From a phage, in the sequence record PZ000613.1: a stretch of DNA of 64,000 nt; one strand, written 5' to 3'. Position numbers and translations under genes: made by a program. Position 1 is the first letter of the stretch. Each line of letters opens with the position of its first letter. The notes under the pieces were generated by a model. It did not search any database and had not been told where the DNA came from. It saw only the letters and a list, made by a program, of their open reading frames with translations. Positions 1 through 9,404 of the stretch are shown piece by piece.

Positions 1-313
1 AGGCCGCCTTAGGATATACCAGATCTGCAACTTTTGATGCAGCCTTGAATCTAAGATCAGGTGGAATATTAGGATCTTCGTAAATTTGAATTAACACTTC
101 ATCAGGAGACAAATGACTTGCAGCAACACGGTCCAACATTAATTGTGTCAGTTTACCTCTACTACCTTTGGGTCGTCCGAATTTATTTCCCTTTTGAAAC
201 TTCCCATTGCTTGGGTTCATACCACGGCTTTCGAGTTCTTCCGTTACTCCGGGTAATCTTCCTGTAACCTCAGCTACCTGTGCAGGCGTGAGTTCTCCGT
301 TTTCTCCAAACAT
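1..313 (-). CDS. Partial CDS, start ATG at 313 and 3' end beyond window start; possible terminase small subunit-like or DNA-binding protein
   Basis: Open minus-strand frame from ATG(313) to window edge, missed by the ORF track; SD GGAGTA upstream; KGNKFGRPKGSRGK basic motif; last gene of a leftward operon. Confidence 0.5.
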   Translation of the reverse strand, partial: MFGENGELTPAQVAEVTGRLPGVTEELESRGMNPSNGKFQKGNKFGRPKGSRGKLTQLMLDRVAASHLSPDEVLIQIYEDPNIPPDLRFKAASKVADLVYPKAA

Positions 314-369
314 TTTATACTCCTTCTACATTATCAACAACACAAAAAGCCTCCCAAGGGAGGCAAACA

Positions 370-939
370 TTACTTACAATCACCAACGGACAGGTTGAAC
401 ATCTTACCTAGAGCAATCGTCTCACCTTCCCACGGAAGTTCTGCACCCTTCTCTTCCTCTAAAAGAATAGAGCCGTCGACCAAAAATTTTTCGTAGTCTC
501 GCAGTGCGTCGTCTACTAACTCACTCTTGTGAATCCACGTAATTGTTTCTGTACCATCCTCTTCGATTCGAACATCACGATGCCATTCATCTTTGGAGGT
601 AATGTAATCATGGAGCATTTCATATTCAGCTTCTTCAATCATCTCAATCATTGCACGAGCATAGTCAGGGAGGTGATCATGTTTAGTAGATTCGTATTCA
701 ACTACTTCCAGAGTAGATGGTGCTGATTTAGTTTTAGAATTAGGGCGAGTAGTATGAATCAAATCTAACATGTTTTTGTTCTCCGTAATATTTGGTTTAA
801 GAATACTTCCACTATATAGATCTTGTACAGCCAGTCCTGAAACATTTCCCATAGTCTCTAAATGCTGTAAGCTACAACCAGAGCGACACAGCTGTGAATT
901 GTATTCGTTAAGGTCCATCGCTTTGATTAAATTATTCAT
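370..939 (-). CDS. Hypothetical acidic protein (189 aa)
   Basis: ORF with SD GGGAGAG upstream of ATG; co-oriented with neighbouring minus-strand genes. Confidence 0.55.
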   Translation of the reverse strand: MNNLIKAMDLNEYNSQLCRSGCSLQHLETMGNVSGLAVQDLYSGSILKPNITENKNMLDLIHTTRPNSKTKSAPSTLEVVEYESTKHDHLPDYARAMIEMIEEAEYEMLHDYITSKDEWHRDVRIEEDGTETITWIHKSELVDDALRDYEKFLVDGSILLEEEKGAELPWEGETIALGKMFNLSVGDCK

Positions 940-1186
940 CTGTCTCTCCCTTGCTGTAGTCTTTGTATGTTTCTACTTTGTAAGTGCGGAATGCTCTGAA
1001 GAAGAGCCAACCTAAGCTACTCACATCAATTGTAATATCGAAATCTGTTTCATCATCTAAGTCAACAAGTCGACCTAGGCATGTAGCTTCCATCCCTTCT
1101 TCAGAGTCACTGTTGACCACGAAAGCGTATGTCTCCGTTCTGAACCGAGGCACAATCTCTGATAAAAAGTCTAATACTAAATTCAT
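932..1186 (-). CDS. Hypothetical protein (about 84 aa; start moved to internal ATG)
   Basis: Internal ATG (MNLVLDF...) preceded by strong SD GAGGAGAAG; the longer track start at 1237 has no SD. Confidence 0.45.
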   Translation of the reverse strand: MNLVLDFLSEIVPRFRTETYAFVVNSDSEEGMEATCLGRLVDLDDETDFDITIDVSSLGWLFFRAFRTYKVETYKDYSKGETDE

Positions 1187-1426
1187 AATTCTTCTCCTCT
1201 GAATAAGAGTATAAAGGGCTAGGCATATCGTCATCAAAGATGACTATCCAACCCGTAAAGGCCTCCTCATACCAACAACCCGTGATCGCTGAAGTAAAGG
1301 GGACTTCATGTTAAGGCACCCTCACGTTAAGGCCATGTCATTAGTCATACTTGATACATCTTGCTATAGAGAAGCAGATGAATAAACAGAAGACTATTAC
1401 TAACCAAAAGATTATTTCCATTAAGG

Positions 1427-1573
1427 CTACCCCATCTCCCGTAAAGCTTTAGTTAGCATTAATACTAAAGAGACTGCTTCTACCCGTTCATCGTCTGGAA
1501 GAGAGGGATTTGATACTTTCTTTAAATTGTTTTCTATTGCAATCTCAATGAACTTTTTAGTGTCCAGATTCAT
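1427..1573 (-). CDS. Small hypothetical protein (about 48 aa)
   Basis: Internal ATG with AAGGA SD; first gene of the leftward block after the divergent region. Confidence 0.3.
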   Translation of the reverse strand: MNLDTKKFIEIAIENNLKKVSNPSLPDDERVEAVSLVLMLTKALREMG

Positions 1574-1716
1574 ACTCATCCTTATATATAAGAGTTTAAA
1601 ATTCTGATTTGACCGAATGGGGCTAGCCGCTCCGCGACGAATTCCTAAAAAGGGGGAGTCCTCATTTAAAAAAGGGTTATTCAGGATGCCTTTAAGCCCA
1701 TTCCCACGTTCCAACC

Positions 1717-2176
1717 TTTCCCCGTGCCTACTCCCCGTAATTATTTCCCCGTGTATACCATCCTATTCATTAACTACCCGTTAAATTAGTTCCCCTTTAG
1801 AGAGTGAGAGAAAGGCCAGCACTGTACAGGCACTACCATAACAGGTCTAATAATACCCATAAGCAATAGCCCACATCCCCCATAGTTTGAATGTAAATAG
1901 TTTCAATAGTTGTTATTATGAGTGCAATAATGATATATGTATTAATTAAGTGGAAAGATTATGTTTGATGTTTATTATATTCTTTTTATTCTTTTCTTTT
2001 TCAGCGTTCTTTTATTCTTTTTCTTTTAACGTTTGATGCTTGAGTAATGCTATTAATAGTTAACTAATTATTTAAGTGGTATATTATTACCGCACTATCT
2101 GGCTATGTTTCCCCGTGGTCTGTTCTGCGGTTGTGTGTTCCCCGTTTGTCCTGGTATGTTGGTCTGCTACCCGTAG
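1717..2176. repeat. Iteron-like array: five T(T/C)CCCCGT copies plus two CTACCCGT, flanking an AT-rich pyrimidine-tract core
   Basis: Octamer copies near 1717, 1731, 1744, 2107 and 2138, and CTACCCGT at 1775 and 2166, all on one strand; AT-rich core 1860-2060 with ttcttttt repeats; no ORFs. Confidence 0.5.
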
Positions 2177-2291
2177 GATTAGTGTTATAAAGTAACAATA
2201 TCCAGTAAGCTGATGCTCTGAGTATGGGAAGTTTAGTAAATTAAATTTCTTTAGTTTTCAGTAAGATGCAAGAAAGTTAGAAAATAAATGG

Positions 2292-2319
2292 TTGACAGTC
2301 TTTTCCTTTATTATATAGT
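2292..2319 (+). promoter_or_regulatory. Sigma70-like early promoter (TTGACA-16-TATAGT)
   Basis: Consensus -35 with near-consensus -10, A/T-rich upstream, about 40 nt before first rightward gene. Confidence 0.55.
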
Positions 2320-2357
2320 CGGTGACAGTTGATTGAATTTATATAAGGGATAAAGAA

Positions 2358-2849
2358 ATGACTAAAACGATGCAGATAGTTAATCTGGCAAGTTATGCAA
2401 TCGTTGCAGCGATCGGTGTTAGTGCACTGGTAACATCTTTTTCTGATAAGGCTATCGCTGGCCCTACTCCTACAACTGATGCGGCTAGTGTCTTTATTAG
2501 TTCCATCAATAAGGGTTGGCTGATTTGTAACGGTGCAGATAGTGACACCAATAAGATCGTTTTAAAGGTTAAATTCAGCAACGTTTCCCGTGATGGTCTG
2601 GTCGTTAGTACCAAAACACTAGATAATCAGTCTAACAGTGATCTAGTTCTCAAGCGCACCGATAATGATGCGGATATGGTTACATTTGGCACTGTACAAC
2701 GTTACAACCATGCGAAAGCTGTTACAAATCTGGTTAGTTATGGTCCGGTTAATGAGTCGATGATCGCCACCACGGTTTACAATAACGCTGATAACGCTGT
2801 TTATACTGTTCACGTTAATTTAGCCAACTGTATTAAGGCTAGTAAATAA
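2358..2849 (+). CDS. Early secreted/membrane-anchored protein with N-terminal signal peptide
   Basis: ATG ORF 163 aa; hydrophobic N-terminus (LASYAIVAAIGVSALV); SD GGGATAAAG. Confidence 0.7.
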   Translation: MTKTMQIVNLASYAIVAAIGVSALVTSFSDKAIAGPTPTTDAASVFISSINKGWLICNGADSDTNKIVLKVKFSNVSRDGLVVSTKTLDNQSNSDLVLKRTDNDADMVTFGTVQRYNHAKAVTNLVSYGPVNESMIATTVYNNADNAVYTVHVNLANCIKASK

Positions 2850-2876
2850 ATAACCTATTTTCAGGAGTGTAAAAAC

Positions 2877-3143
2877 ATGACTATCAAAGAAGTTAAATTG
2901 TCTAGCGGCTTTTCTGTTTTTGTTGGCGATACCGCTATCACGTTCAATCTGCGTCATGGTCAGCTAATGTTGCCCGTTGTTACTTTCTGCGTCATGGATT
3001 TTAAAAAGGCTAAAAATTGGTTATCTGCTGTAGGGATTGATATTAACCGCGATGACTTCCGTTCAATTTATTTTGACGGTGGGTTGTCACTGGCAAATCT
3101 GCTAAATCATGGGCTTAATGGGGATGATACTAATGGGAAATGA
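2877..3143 (+). CDS. Hypothetical early protein
   Basis: ORF 88 aa, co-oriented, SD AGGAG upstream. Confidence 0.55.
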   Translation: MTIKEVKLSSGFSVFVGDTAITFNLRHGQLMLPVVTFCVMDFKKAKNWLSAVGIDINRDDFRSIYFDGGLSLANLLNHGLNGDDTNGK

Positions 3144-3396
3144 AACTATTGCGATAATTGATACGCATAATTACGGTGGCGTTACGTTGTCTTTCGATGA
3201 ACCTATCGACGCTGGTTATTTGTCTTTTCTTTCTAAGGGTGAGATACAAACTATCCGTTTTCCTATTGTCTGCTTAGTGCAAGATTATCTAACTATAGGT
3301 AAGTATCTTGCCCAACGTGGGATTTTGTTGTCGCTGGAAGAAGTGGAACATATCAGCGTAGCATTTTTTAGCGAGGGTAACAATGATGATTCATGA
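3133..3396 (+). CDS. Hypothetical early protein (start at internal ATG overlapping upstream stop)
   Basis: ATGA-type overlap with preceding gene suggests translational coupling. Confidence 0.5.
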   Translation: MGNETIAIIDTHNYGGVTLSFDEPIDAGYLSFLSKGEIQTIRFPIVCLVQDYLTIGKYLAQRGILLSLEEVEHISVAFFSEGNNDDS

Positions 3397-3490
3397 TTAT
3401 TTCTGGCGTTGCTTGTTCGTCGTTACAGTGGCGTTATTCGTCGCTGATATGCTTTATTCTTACATCCTTTAATTAAAGAGGTTTATATCT

Positions 3491-3856
3491 ATGCGGTTCA
3501 TTAGATTCGTCGTTAAAATGGTTGTGGGCTTTTTCCTTGTCGTTCTCTTATTGGGTGTTCTCCTATCGTCTATGGGTAGCGTTAAAGCTGCAACCTTTTC
3601 CCCTGATACGGTGGAAGGTTTACAGTGCACCTATTTGATAGAAAACTATTCGACCGGTAAAAAGTCACCTAAGGTTATTATTTTGCATTTAAATGATTTT
3701 GATCAAGTGCATTCATATGATAAAACCATTCAACTGGTAAATGAAACTACCGGTAAACAAATCACGGTCAATCACTTGATGCGCTCATCGTTGACGCTCT
3801 TTGATGAGTCCATGAATGAAATGGCATCCGGTAACGGTCAATGTGTAAATCCATAG
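3491..3856 (+). CDS. Early protein with signal peptide/TM anchor
   Basis: ORF 121 aa, SD AAAGAGG, strongly hydrophobic N-terminus. Confidence 0.65.
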   Translation: MRFIRFVVKMVVGFFLVVLLLGVLLSSMGSVKAATFSPDTVEGLQCTYLIENYSTGKKSPKVIILHLNDFDQVHSYDKTIQLVNETTGKQITVNHLMRSSLTLFDESMNEMASGNGQCVNP

Positions 3857-3931
3857 GCTTAATCTTTATCCTGTATTGTGCCGTAGTCATGCCTATGGTC
3901 ATAATCTATCTGATTCTCTAATCCTTCCTGT

Positions 3932-3959
3932 AAGCCTCCCAGTGAGGCTTTTCTCTTTT
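3932..3959 (+). terminator. Rho-independent terminator
   Basis: Hairpin AAGCCTC-ccagt-GAGGCTT followed by TTTCTCTTTT. Confidence 0.6.
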
Positions 3960-4117
3960 ATAAGGTGATTGTATTCCTTACTCCCCTTTAGCTCGTTGTG
4001 ATGCGTTATAGGCCGCTTATTATTGCTTTACAGGCTGTTTCCTATGATGTATCGCGTGCGCCCGTTCCTCTATCTCTCCCTACAGTGAAAAAGTTTAAAA
4101 TATTTTGCTTTACCCTA

Positions 4118-4145
4118 TTGCATAGCCATAAAACTGGCGTATACT
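4118..4145 (+). promoter_or_regulatory. Sigma70-like promoter (TTGCAT-16-TATACT)
   Basis: Near-consensus hexamers with A/T-rich UP-like sequence upstream. Confidence 0.55.
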
Positions 4146-4244
4146 GATTTCTATCGGGTACGATGTAAAACATACAAGGCAAGGAAACTTGCCCCGCTCT
4201 TTAAGAGTCAGGCTAGAAAGTGAAAAATATTCTTAAAAAGAGTA

Positions 4245-4273
4245 TTGACACCAGAAAAAGCCTGATATATAGT
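4245..4273 (+). promoter_or_regulatory. Sigma70-like promoter (TTGACA-17-TATAGT)
   Basis: Consensus -35, 17-nt spacer, same -10 variant as promoter at 2292; A-tract upstream. Confidence 0.55.
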
Positions 4274-4389
4274 GAGCATAGTCAGCGATGACGTGAAATA
4301 TCCCGCTCTTTAATAATTTATCATCTTGCCCTTTCGCAAAGATTCACGCGAGATAAGGGAAAAGAATAAAAGAAGATGATAAAAAAGGG

Positions 4390-4418
4390 TTGCAAACGTG
4401 GTTAAGGTAGTTCATACT
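4390..4418 (+). promoter_or_regulatory. Sigma70-like promoter (TTGCAA-17-CATACT)
   Basis: Hexamers with 17-nt spacer and A-tract upstream; weaker match. Confidence 0.45.
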
Positions 4419-4691
4419 AACCACAAGTTAGCAAAACATCGCTAACTAGTTCCCAAATCAACGTATCACGGGAAAGGTAGCACATAGTGCAGTGAGTAGT
4501 TCAGGTGTAGGCGGCCTGTTAATGAATAAGTAAGCCTTTAATGTGACAGTGATTAGCAGACACTCTAAAAGGCTAACGCTCTTTAACAATATGAATCATA
4601 AGTTAAGCCTCACCGCTTAATCTTCAATCAAATAAAGCTGATTGATATATCCTCCCAATAGCGGGAACGACGAAAAAGATTAAAAAAGCGG

Positions 4692-4720
4692 TTGACAGCT
4701 AAAACAACATGATTCATAAT
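4692..4720 (+). promoter_or_regulatory. Sigma70-like promoter (TTGACA-17-CATAAT)
   Basis: Consensus -35, 17-nt spacer, A-tract upstream. Confidence 0.55.
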
Positions 4721-5640
4721 GAGCACACTTAAGCAAATCACCGCTTAAGGAAAGCGTAACAACGGCTAACGGTTGCATAGTGTGAGAAAGCACACTGATA
4801 GATTTACCGCTCTTTAATAATTTAAACATTCTCCTATATCGGTTGAATATGTTAGATGATAATAACCATCGGATAACATACCAGATAAAACGGTGTAAGA
4901 CTCTCTAAACTATCAGAGAAAAACAGCCTTACAATCCCTTACTGGAAACGTCACCACTGATAAACGGATTCATTGAGTGCACGCAAAGACTTAAGCTAAT
5001 CGCCCACGGTTAAGGGTAGCGGCGGTCATCGCTAACAAGGCGCTACAGTGAAAGAAGTTAATCAGGGTAGGCAAGCCCGAAGAAATAACGCTCAATTGAG
5101 AGCGGCGGGGAGTGGTTAAAAAGTGGCAAATTGCTATTTAACAATGAGGTTTAGTGTGAACGTTTATGATGTGAACGGCTTGAGATTCATCTTATGATGA
5201 AAGTACATAGTCGGTTTATGTAGTAAACTTGCCGAAAGATATAAAACGTCGGAACATTAGACGGTCAATGACTCTTTCGCAATAGTATCCCGTAGTGGGC
5301 GATGACTGGCGATTGAGAGTTGATATAAAAGGATAGGCGAGAGCGAAAGCAAAGTAAACGATATTGCCGACGGTTACAATAACGTAACTAATTAGAGTCG
5401 GACGCACTGCCTTATTGTGATGATTGATCATCGCTATCAGGTCGGCTTCGTTTATAGCGGCTAATTAAAGATACCAGATGAAACATCACGGATAAGGGGG
5501 CGGCAAGGTTAACTCCTGATAAGACCGCCCCGCTTACCTATAACTACTTACAATGAGTGGTTATAGTTAAGTTAATAGTGACTTAAACAAGCTCATAGAG
5601 AGCGGGGCAATAGCGCCCTTACAATTGAAAGGTGAATATT

Positions 5641-6540
5641 ATGGCTAAAATCTTTAATCTGGTAAAAGAATCTGGCTTTAACGCACTGGCTAACAACATC
5701 CGTAGCAATAACGCGGCTATCAAACAAGATGTTTCTAATTTTCTGTTAGGGCACTTACAGCACTTTCGTAGCAACGGCAAGAAGTTAGATGTATTGCAAT
5801 CGGCGGTAGATTTTCTGTTAACCGAACGTTTCCGCGATATGGACGTGATCGCCACTGCAATCACTTTCTTAACACCTATCAAATATAACACCGAGGCGGC
5901 GAACGGTCGTAAAAAGTGGATTAATCTGGAAGGTGAGGCGAAAGCGAAAGAAGATGCGAAAGAAGCGCAGATCAAGGCGAAAATGGAACAAAACCGCGCT
6001 CGCTGGTCGAATGCTTTCGAGAATTTTGCTTTAGGTCGTGAAATTGAAGTGGATAACCCTAACTTCTTTAAAGGCTGCAATGACAACGTGGCGGCCCACC
6101 TTCAAATACCGGCGAAAAACAAGGAAGATTTTAATCAGGATATTTACGCTTTAGTTGAACGCTTGAATGCAATCCGTATCGAAGCCAAATTGCTGGCTGA
6201 TGAGCGCAACGGCGCTACCAGTGATAACACTATTGCCTTAAGTGAAGAAGTGGGCAAGGTTAAAAAATCTTTCGACACACTGATCAAGAAAGTCACGGCC
6301 TCAACGGTAGCGATCTCCGATGACTATCTGATGAACGCATCAAGCAAAGAACTGGAGTCACTTGATTCATACGCCGATGAAATGGAAAAGGCTGTTACAG
6401 CTATGCAAGAGAAGTTAGAAAGTCTGCGCGGTCGTATCTCCTCAACGGTTGCTACCCGTACCGAACAAGCGGCGAAAGCAGAAGAGGAAGAAGTATTGCG
6501 TAAAGCGGCTGAAATTATGGCGGCACGTCAGGCGGCATAA
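5641..6540 (+). CDS. Hypothetical coiled-coil protein (299 aa)
   Basis: ATG preceded by AAAGGTGA SD; Ala/Glu/Lys-rich predicted coiled coil; followed by terminator. Confidence 0.7.
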   Translation: MAKIFNLVKESGFNALANNIRSNNAAIKQDVSNFLLGHLQHFRSNGKKLDVLQSAVDFLLTERFRDMDVIATAITFLTPIKYNTEAANGRKKWINLEGEAKAKEDAKEAQIKAKMEQNRARWSNAFENFALGREIEVDNPNFFKGCNDNVAAHLQIPAKNKEDFNQDIYALVERLNAIRIEAKLLADERNGATSDNTIALSEEVGKVKKSFDTLIKKVTASTVAISDDYLMNASSKELESLDSYADEMEKAVTAMQEKLESLRGRISSTVATRTEQAAKAEEEEVLRKAAEIMAARQAA

Positions 6541-6564
6541 GTAAGACAATTCGAATAAACATAA

Positions 6565-6597
6565 GGCGCTATCTTAACGGGTAGCGCCTTTTCTTTT
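6565..6597 (+). terminator. Rho-independent terminator
   Basis: GGCGCTA...TAGCGCC stem followed by TTTTCTTTT. Confidence 0.7.
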
Positions 6598-6642
6598 ATC
6601 AGTGCATTGATTTAGTGCATTAATCAAAGAATCTAATCAAAG

Positions 6643-6870
6643 GTGACGATCATGTTAATTACACATACCACGATCTATAGGAATCTTGTCAACGGTCAAC
6701 ATTACCGCCTATCTAAAAAGTATGGCGTTGAATGTAAATGTGTTATTACCGGTGAATGGTATCCGTCGCCAATGAAAATTGAAACGTTGGAACGTGAAGC
6801 GATCAGTTATATTATCACGCAAGAAACAACGCTAGGCCGTATCTTAAGAAAGTTGGGATTAAGAAAATGA
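6643..6870 (+). CDS. Hypothetical early protein
   Basis: ORF 75 aa with SD AAAGGTGA. Confidence 0.55.
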   Translation: MTIMLITHTTIYRNLVNGQHYRLSKKYGVECKCVITGEWYPSPMKIETLEREAISYIITQETTLGRILRKLGLRK

Positions 6871-7091
6871 TATTCAGTAGTAATTTTGGCAAGTGTCCTA
6901 TTTGTGAGAAACATCGCAGCACGGGGAATCATCGCAAATGTAGTAAGATACTACAGCGCCAACGCGATAACAGTCATTGGGATACTGTACACACTAACCA
7001 GCGTAAAGAAGAAGTTAGAAAAATGGCTGTTAAAGCGTCGTTTGCTCAATCCACACGTATTGAACACATTCAAAGGTATCAAGCATTATGA
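6867..7091 (+). CDS. Hypothetical basic protein with CxxC
   Basis: ATGA overlap with upstream gene; CPICEK motif; alternative frame 6886-7098 judged less likely. Confidence 0.5.
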   Translation: MIFSSNFGKCPICEKHRSTGNHRKCSKILQRQRDNSHWDTVHTNQRKEEVRKMAVKASFAQSTRIEHIQRYQAL

Positions 7092-7297
7092 TCACTAATA
7101 TTTCAGAGTTTAAGAAAGCACCTTCCCGCTTGTTAGGCCGTCGTGTTGTATACCTTTACAGCAACAAAGGTAAATGTACAACCGGACGAATTACAACGGT
7201 AAGCAGTGCCAATAAGAAACTACTAAAATTATGCGTAGCTATGGATGACGGTACAATCCTTCTACGTAGTTGGAAATCATTTAGTTTACTTGATTAA
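7088..7297 (+). CDS. Hypothetical early protein
   Basis: ATGA overlap with upstream gene, 69 aa. Confidence 0.5.
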   Translation: MITNISEFKKAPSRLLGRRVVYLYSNKGKCTTGRITTVSSANKKLLKLCVAMDDGTILLRSWKSFSLLD

Positions 7298-7366
7298 GTT
7301 ATTTGTTCAAGCCTATCTCCTTGATGGGCTTGCCCGATATAACTTATCACTGAAAGGAATAAGATT

Positions 7367-7810
7367 GTGGCTAAATCTAAAATCAGCATGAAGGGCGGGC
7401 GTTGTTTTTCTATCTCTGAACTGGAGAAAGAGAAACCAAAGGCAACCAATCACGTTAGCAAGCGTAGTTTAAAACGTCGTGCTGTAAAGGCTGTGGCTGA
7501 ATCTCATATTCCTTCCAGTGTGGCAAAACGTGTAGGCCATCGTGTCCATCGTGCTGATGCGTTGTTGTTAGCTGATCATAAACGTTCTCTGTTAAAGAGC
7601 GGGGGAGCTAAAACAGAAGAAGAGAAGAAGTTAGAAATCTTCTGTAATGGTCGCACTCGAGGTAAACAGAAGTTTAAGGGGAGCACGAAAGACCCTCAGG
7701 CATTCCCTAAGACAAGCCAGTGTGCACCTGATGTTTTCTACGCAGATAGTAAACACAAGTGGGGCGTTGAGAAATACATTGACCCCATCAAAGAGGCAAG
7801 GGTTAAGTAG
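7367..7810 (+). CDS. Hypothetical highly basic protein (147 aa, GTG start)
   Basis: Lys/Arg-rich ORF with SD AAGGAA, followed by tandem terminators. Confidence 0.55.
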   Translation: MAKSKISMKGGRCFSISELEKEKPKATNHVSKRSLKRRAVKAVAESHIPSSVAKRVGHRVHRADALLLADHKRSLLKSGGAKTEEEKKLEIFCNGRTRGKQKFKGSTKDPQAFPKTSQCAPDVFYADSKHKWGVEKYIDPIKEARVK

Positions 7811-7892
7811 TAGGAATATAGCCCCCCCTCTTTTAGTACTATGACGCTCTTTCTGTAGCGTCGTGCCCTCTCCCCATTTGAAGCTTCCGCAT

Positions 7893-7915
7893 AGCCGCCT
7901 TTGAGCGGCTTTTTG
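7893..7915 (+). terminator. Rho-independent terminator
   Basis: AGCCGC-ctttga-GCGGCT hairpin plus TTTTT. Confidence 0.6.
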
Positions 7916-7977
7916 CGTTGCTGTAAGTGCATTTGCGAGTGTATTTATAGCAACGGTCATGTGTTGCTTTCAGGTTT

Positions 7978-8003
7978 GCCCCGGCTACGGCTGGGGCTTT
8001 TTT
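7978..8003 (+). terminator. Rho-independent terminator
   Basis: GCCCCGGC-tacg-GCTGGGGC hairpin plus TTTTTT. Confidence 0.65.
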
Positions 8004-8052
8004 ATGCCCGTAAAACAGGAGGTATCAAGTTCTGATAACAACGGCCCAGCTA

Positions 8053-8442
8053 ATGTTGACATTGACTATTTATTATGAGGCAGGGAATCAGCCAACCGCA
8101 TGTAAGGCTTTAGTTGCGGATACCGTAATAAATAGAATGGCACAACGAAAACTGACCGCTGAACAGGTGATAAGACAAAAGAACCAGTTTGAGTGGATTC
8201 CGGTACTATTAAAACAGGAGAAACCTTATAAACGTTATGTAAAGCTGATTCGTGATAAAAATCCGATGACTGAGCAAGCCATTGGAGAAAGCGAGCGACT
8301 TGCTAAACGTGCCCTTAAGAAGAATTATGTTCCTCTGTATAGTGGGACTTACTTTCAGAGTAAGAGCGAAGGGGTGCCAAAATGGTATGCCAATCCTATG
8401 TATTGTGGTGATTTAGTGTTCGATAATAGCTCTAGGGAATAA
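8053..8442 (+). CDS. SleB/CwlJ-like cell-wall hydrolase (Hydrolase_2-like)
   Basis: Motifs TIYYEAGNQ...ALVADTVINR...QFEW and C-terminal YFQSK...WYANP resemble the SleB/CwlJ family; ATG start. Confidence 0.6.
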   Translation: MLTLTIYYEAGNQPTACKALVADTVINRMAQRKLTAEQVIRQKNQFEWIPVLLKQEKPYKRYVKLIRDKNPMTEQAIGESERLAKRALKKNYVPLYSGTYFQSKSEGVPKWYANPMYCGDLVFDNSSRE

Positions 8443-8640
8443 TCACTAGTGCCAGATTTGACAAACTAAATTCCTTTATAAACCAACCACTTAGTAAATT
8501 TATTGAAAAAGATGGTAGTATTCTGGGACTATGGGTAATGCTCTGTATATAGACCCTTTGAAAATTTCTTAGAAAATAAGTTTACTAAATATAACTTACT
8601 TAAATAATATTACTTTTAATCTCTGATAAAGGTGAATAAT

Positions 8641-8937
8641 ATGACTTTAGAAGTATATAAATTCCTTTTTGTAAGCTGTTTAACTATCAGCGTTATAGGG
8701 TTTATTGTTCTCAGAAACAAAGCAGCAAGCTGGGAGAGAATGTATAAATCTCTAGTCCGAGTGGATGAGATGTATAATGAGAAAGTTAAAGTAACACTCA
8801 ACGATCTTATTATGCAAGTTGAAGACAGAAACAAACGTCTTCAGAACCTCAACCACGAGGTGTTACGCCTTGCTCGTGCTAATGAAGACTTGCGAGTGGC
8901 TATTGCTAAGCAGCAGGAGATTAACAGTGAAAGTTAA
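8641..8937 (+). CDS. Membrane-anchored coiled-coil protein
   Basis: N-terminal TM segment then heptad-rich region; SD AAAGGTGA 8 nt before ATG. Confidence 0.55.
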   Translation: MTLEVYKFLFVSCLTISVIGFIVLRNKAASWERMYKSLVRVDEMYNEKVKVTLNDLIMQVEDRNKRLQNLNHEVLRLARANEDLRVAIAKQQEINSES

Positions 8938-9163
8938 TATTAAATCCGATCGTACAATGCTTCGCTTAAACAACATGAAGCCGGGCGTTCTATTTGAGCG
9001 TAAAGATTCCCTTTACATTAGAACCGACACCCTGTACGCAGATAATTATGTCAACTGTGTTGATGTGGTAACTGGAAAGCTCATGCCTTTTAAACGGGAT
9101 GAAGTCTGCCAAGTACGTAACGATCTCCACATAACCAACATAGAGGCTAAAGATGAAGATTGA
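8927..9163 (+). CDS. Early small-protein paralog family A member (GTG start)
   Basis: SD AGGAGA 6 nt before GTG; shares LxLxxMKPGxxF...Y(I/M)R motif with the other family members. Confidence 0.55.
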   Translation: MKVNIKSDRTMLRLNNMKPGVLFERKDSLYIRTDTLYADNYVNCVDVVTGKLMPFKRDEVCQVRNDLHITNIEAKDED

Positions 9164-9404
9164 TCTTGAGTTGAAGAGTCCGGAGCTAAAAGTGGGTGAT
9201 TTGAAACTTGGAGATGTATTCCAAGTGAAGGCAACATGTATTGACCATTACATGATTGTTCAGCTATACACACCACATGTATCAGAGACTGATCTTCGGG
9301 ATGGTTGTGTGGTTCTTAGTTTACGTACTAATCAAGTGATGAAGCTAGACCCAAACTTACCTGTTTCAGTTATCCATGATGTAGTAATTACTAATCGGAA
9401 GTGA
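9153..9404 (+). CDS. Early small-protein paralog family A member
   Basis: KVGDLKLGDVFQV...YMIVQ motif; coupled to upstream gene. Confidence 0.6.
   Translation: MKIDLELKSPELKVGDLKLGDVFQVKATCIDHYMIVQLYTPHVSETDLRDGCVVLSLRTNQVMKLDPNLPVSVIHDVVITNRK

Noticed and set aside
207-398. Plus-strand ORF (63 aa) from the six-frame track
   Set aside because: Lies antisense to a well-supported minus-strand gene and has no Shine-Dalgarno
4190-4820. Possible CRISPR array suggested by repeated CGCTCTTTAA
   Set aside because: Repeats are only 10 nt, irregularly spaced (109, 273 and 231 bp), and each follows a promoter and hairpin; there are no cas genes
5619-6086. Minus-strand ORF (155 aa) overlapping gene 5641-6540
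   Set aside because: Antisense to a co-oriented gene with SD and terminator; the region is otherwise entirely plus-strand coding
7631-7960. Minus-strand ORFs 7631-7960 and 7738-7932
   Set aside because: Span a plus-strand gene end and two plus-strand terminators; no SD
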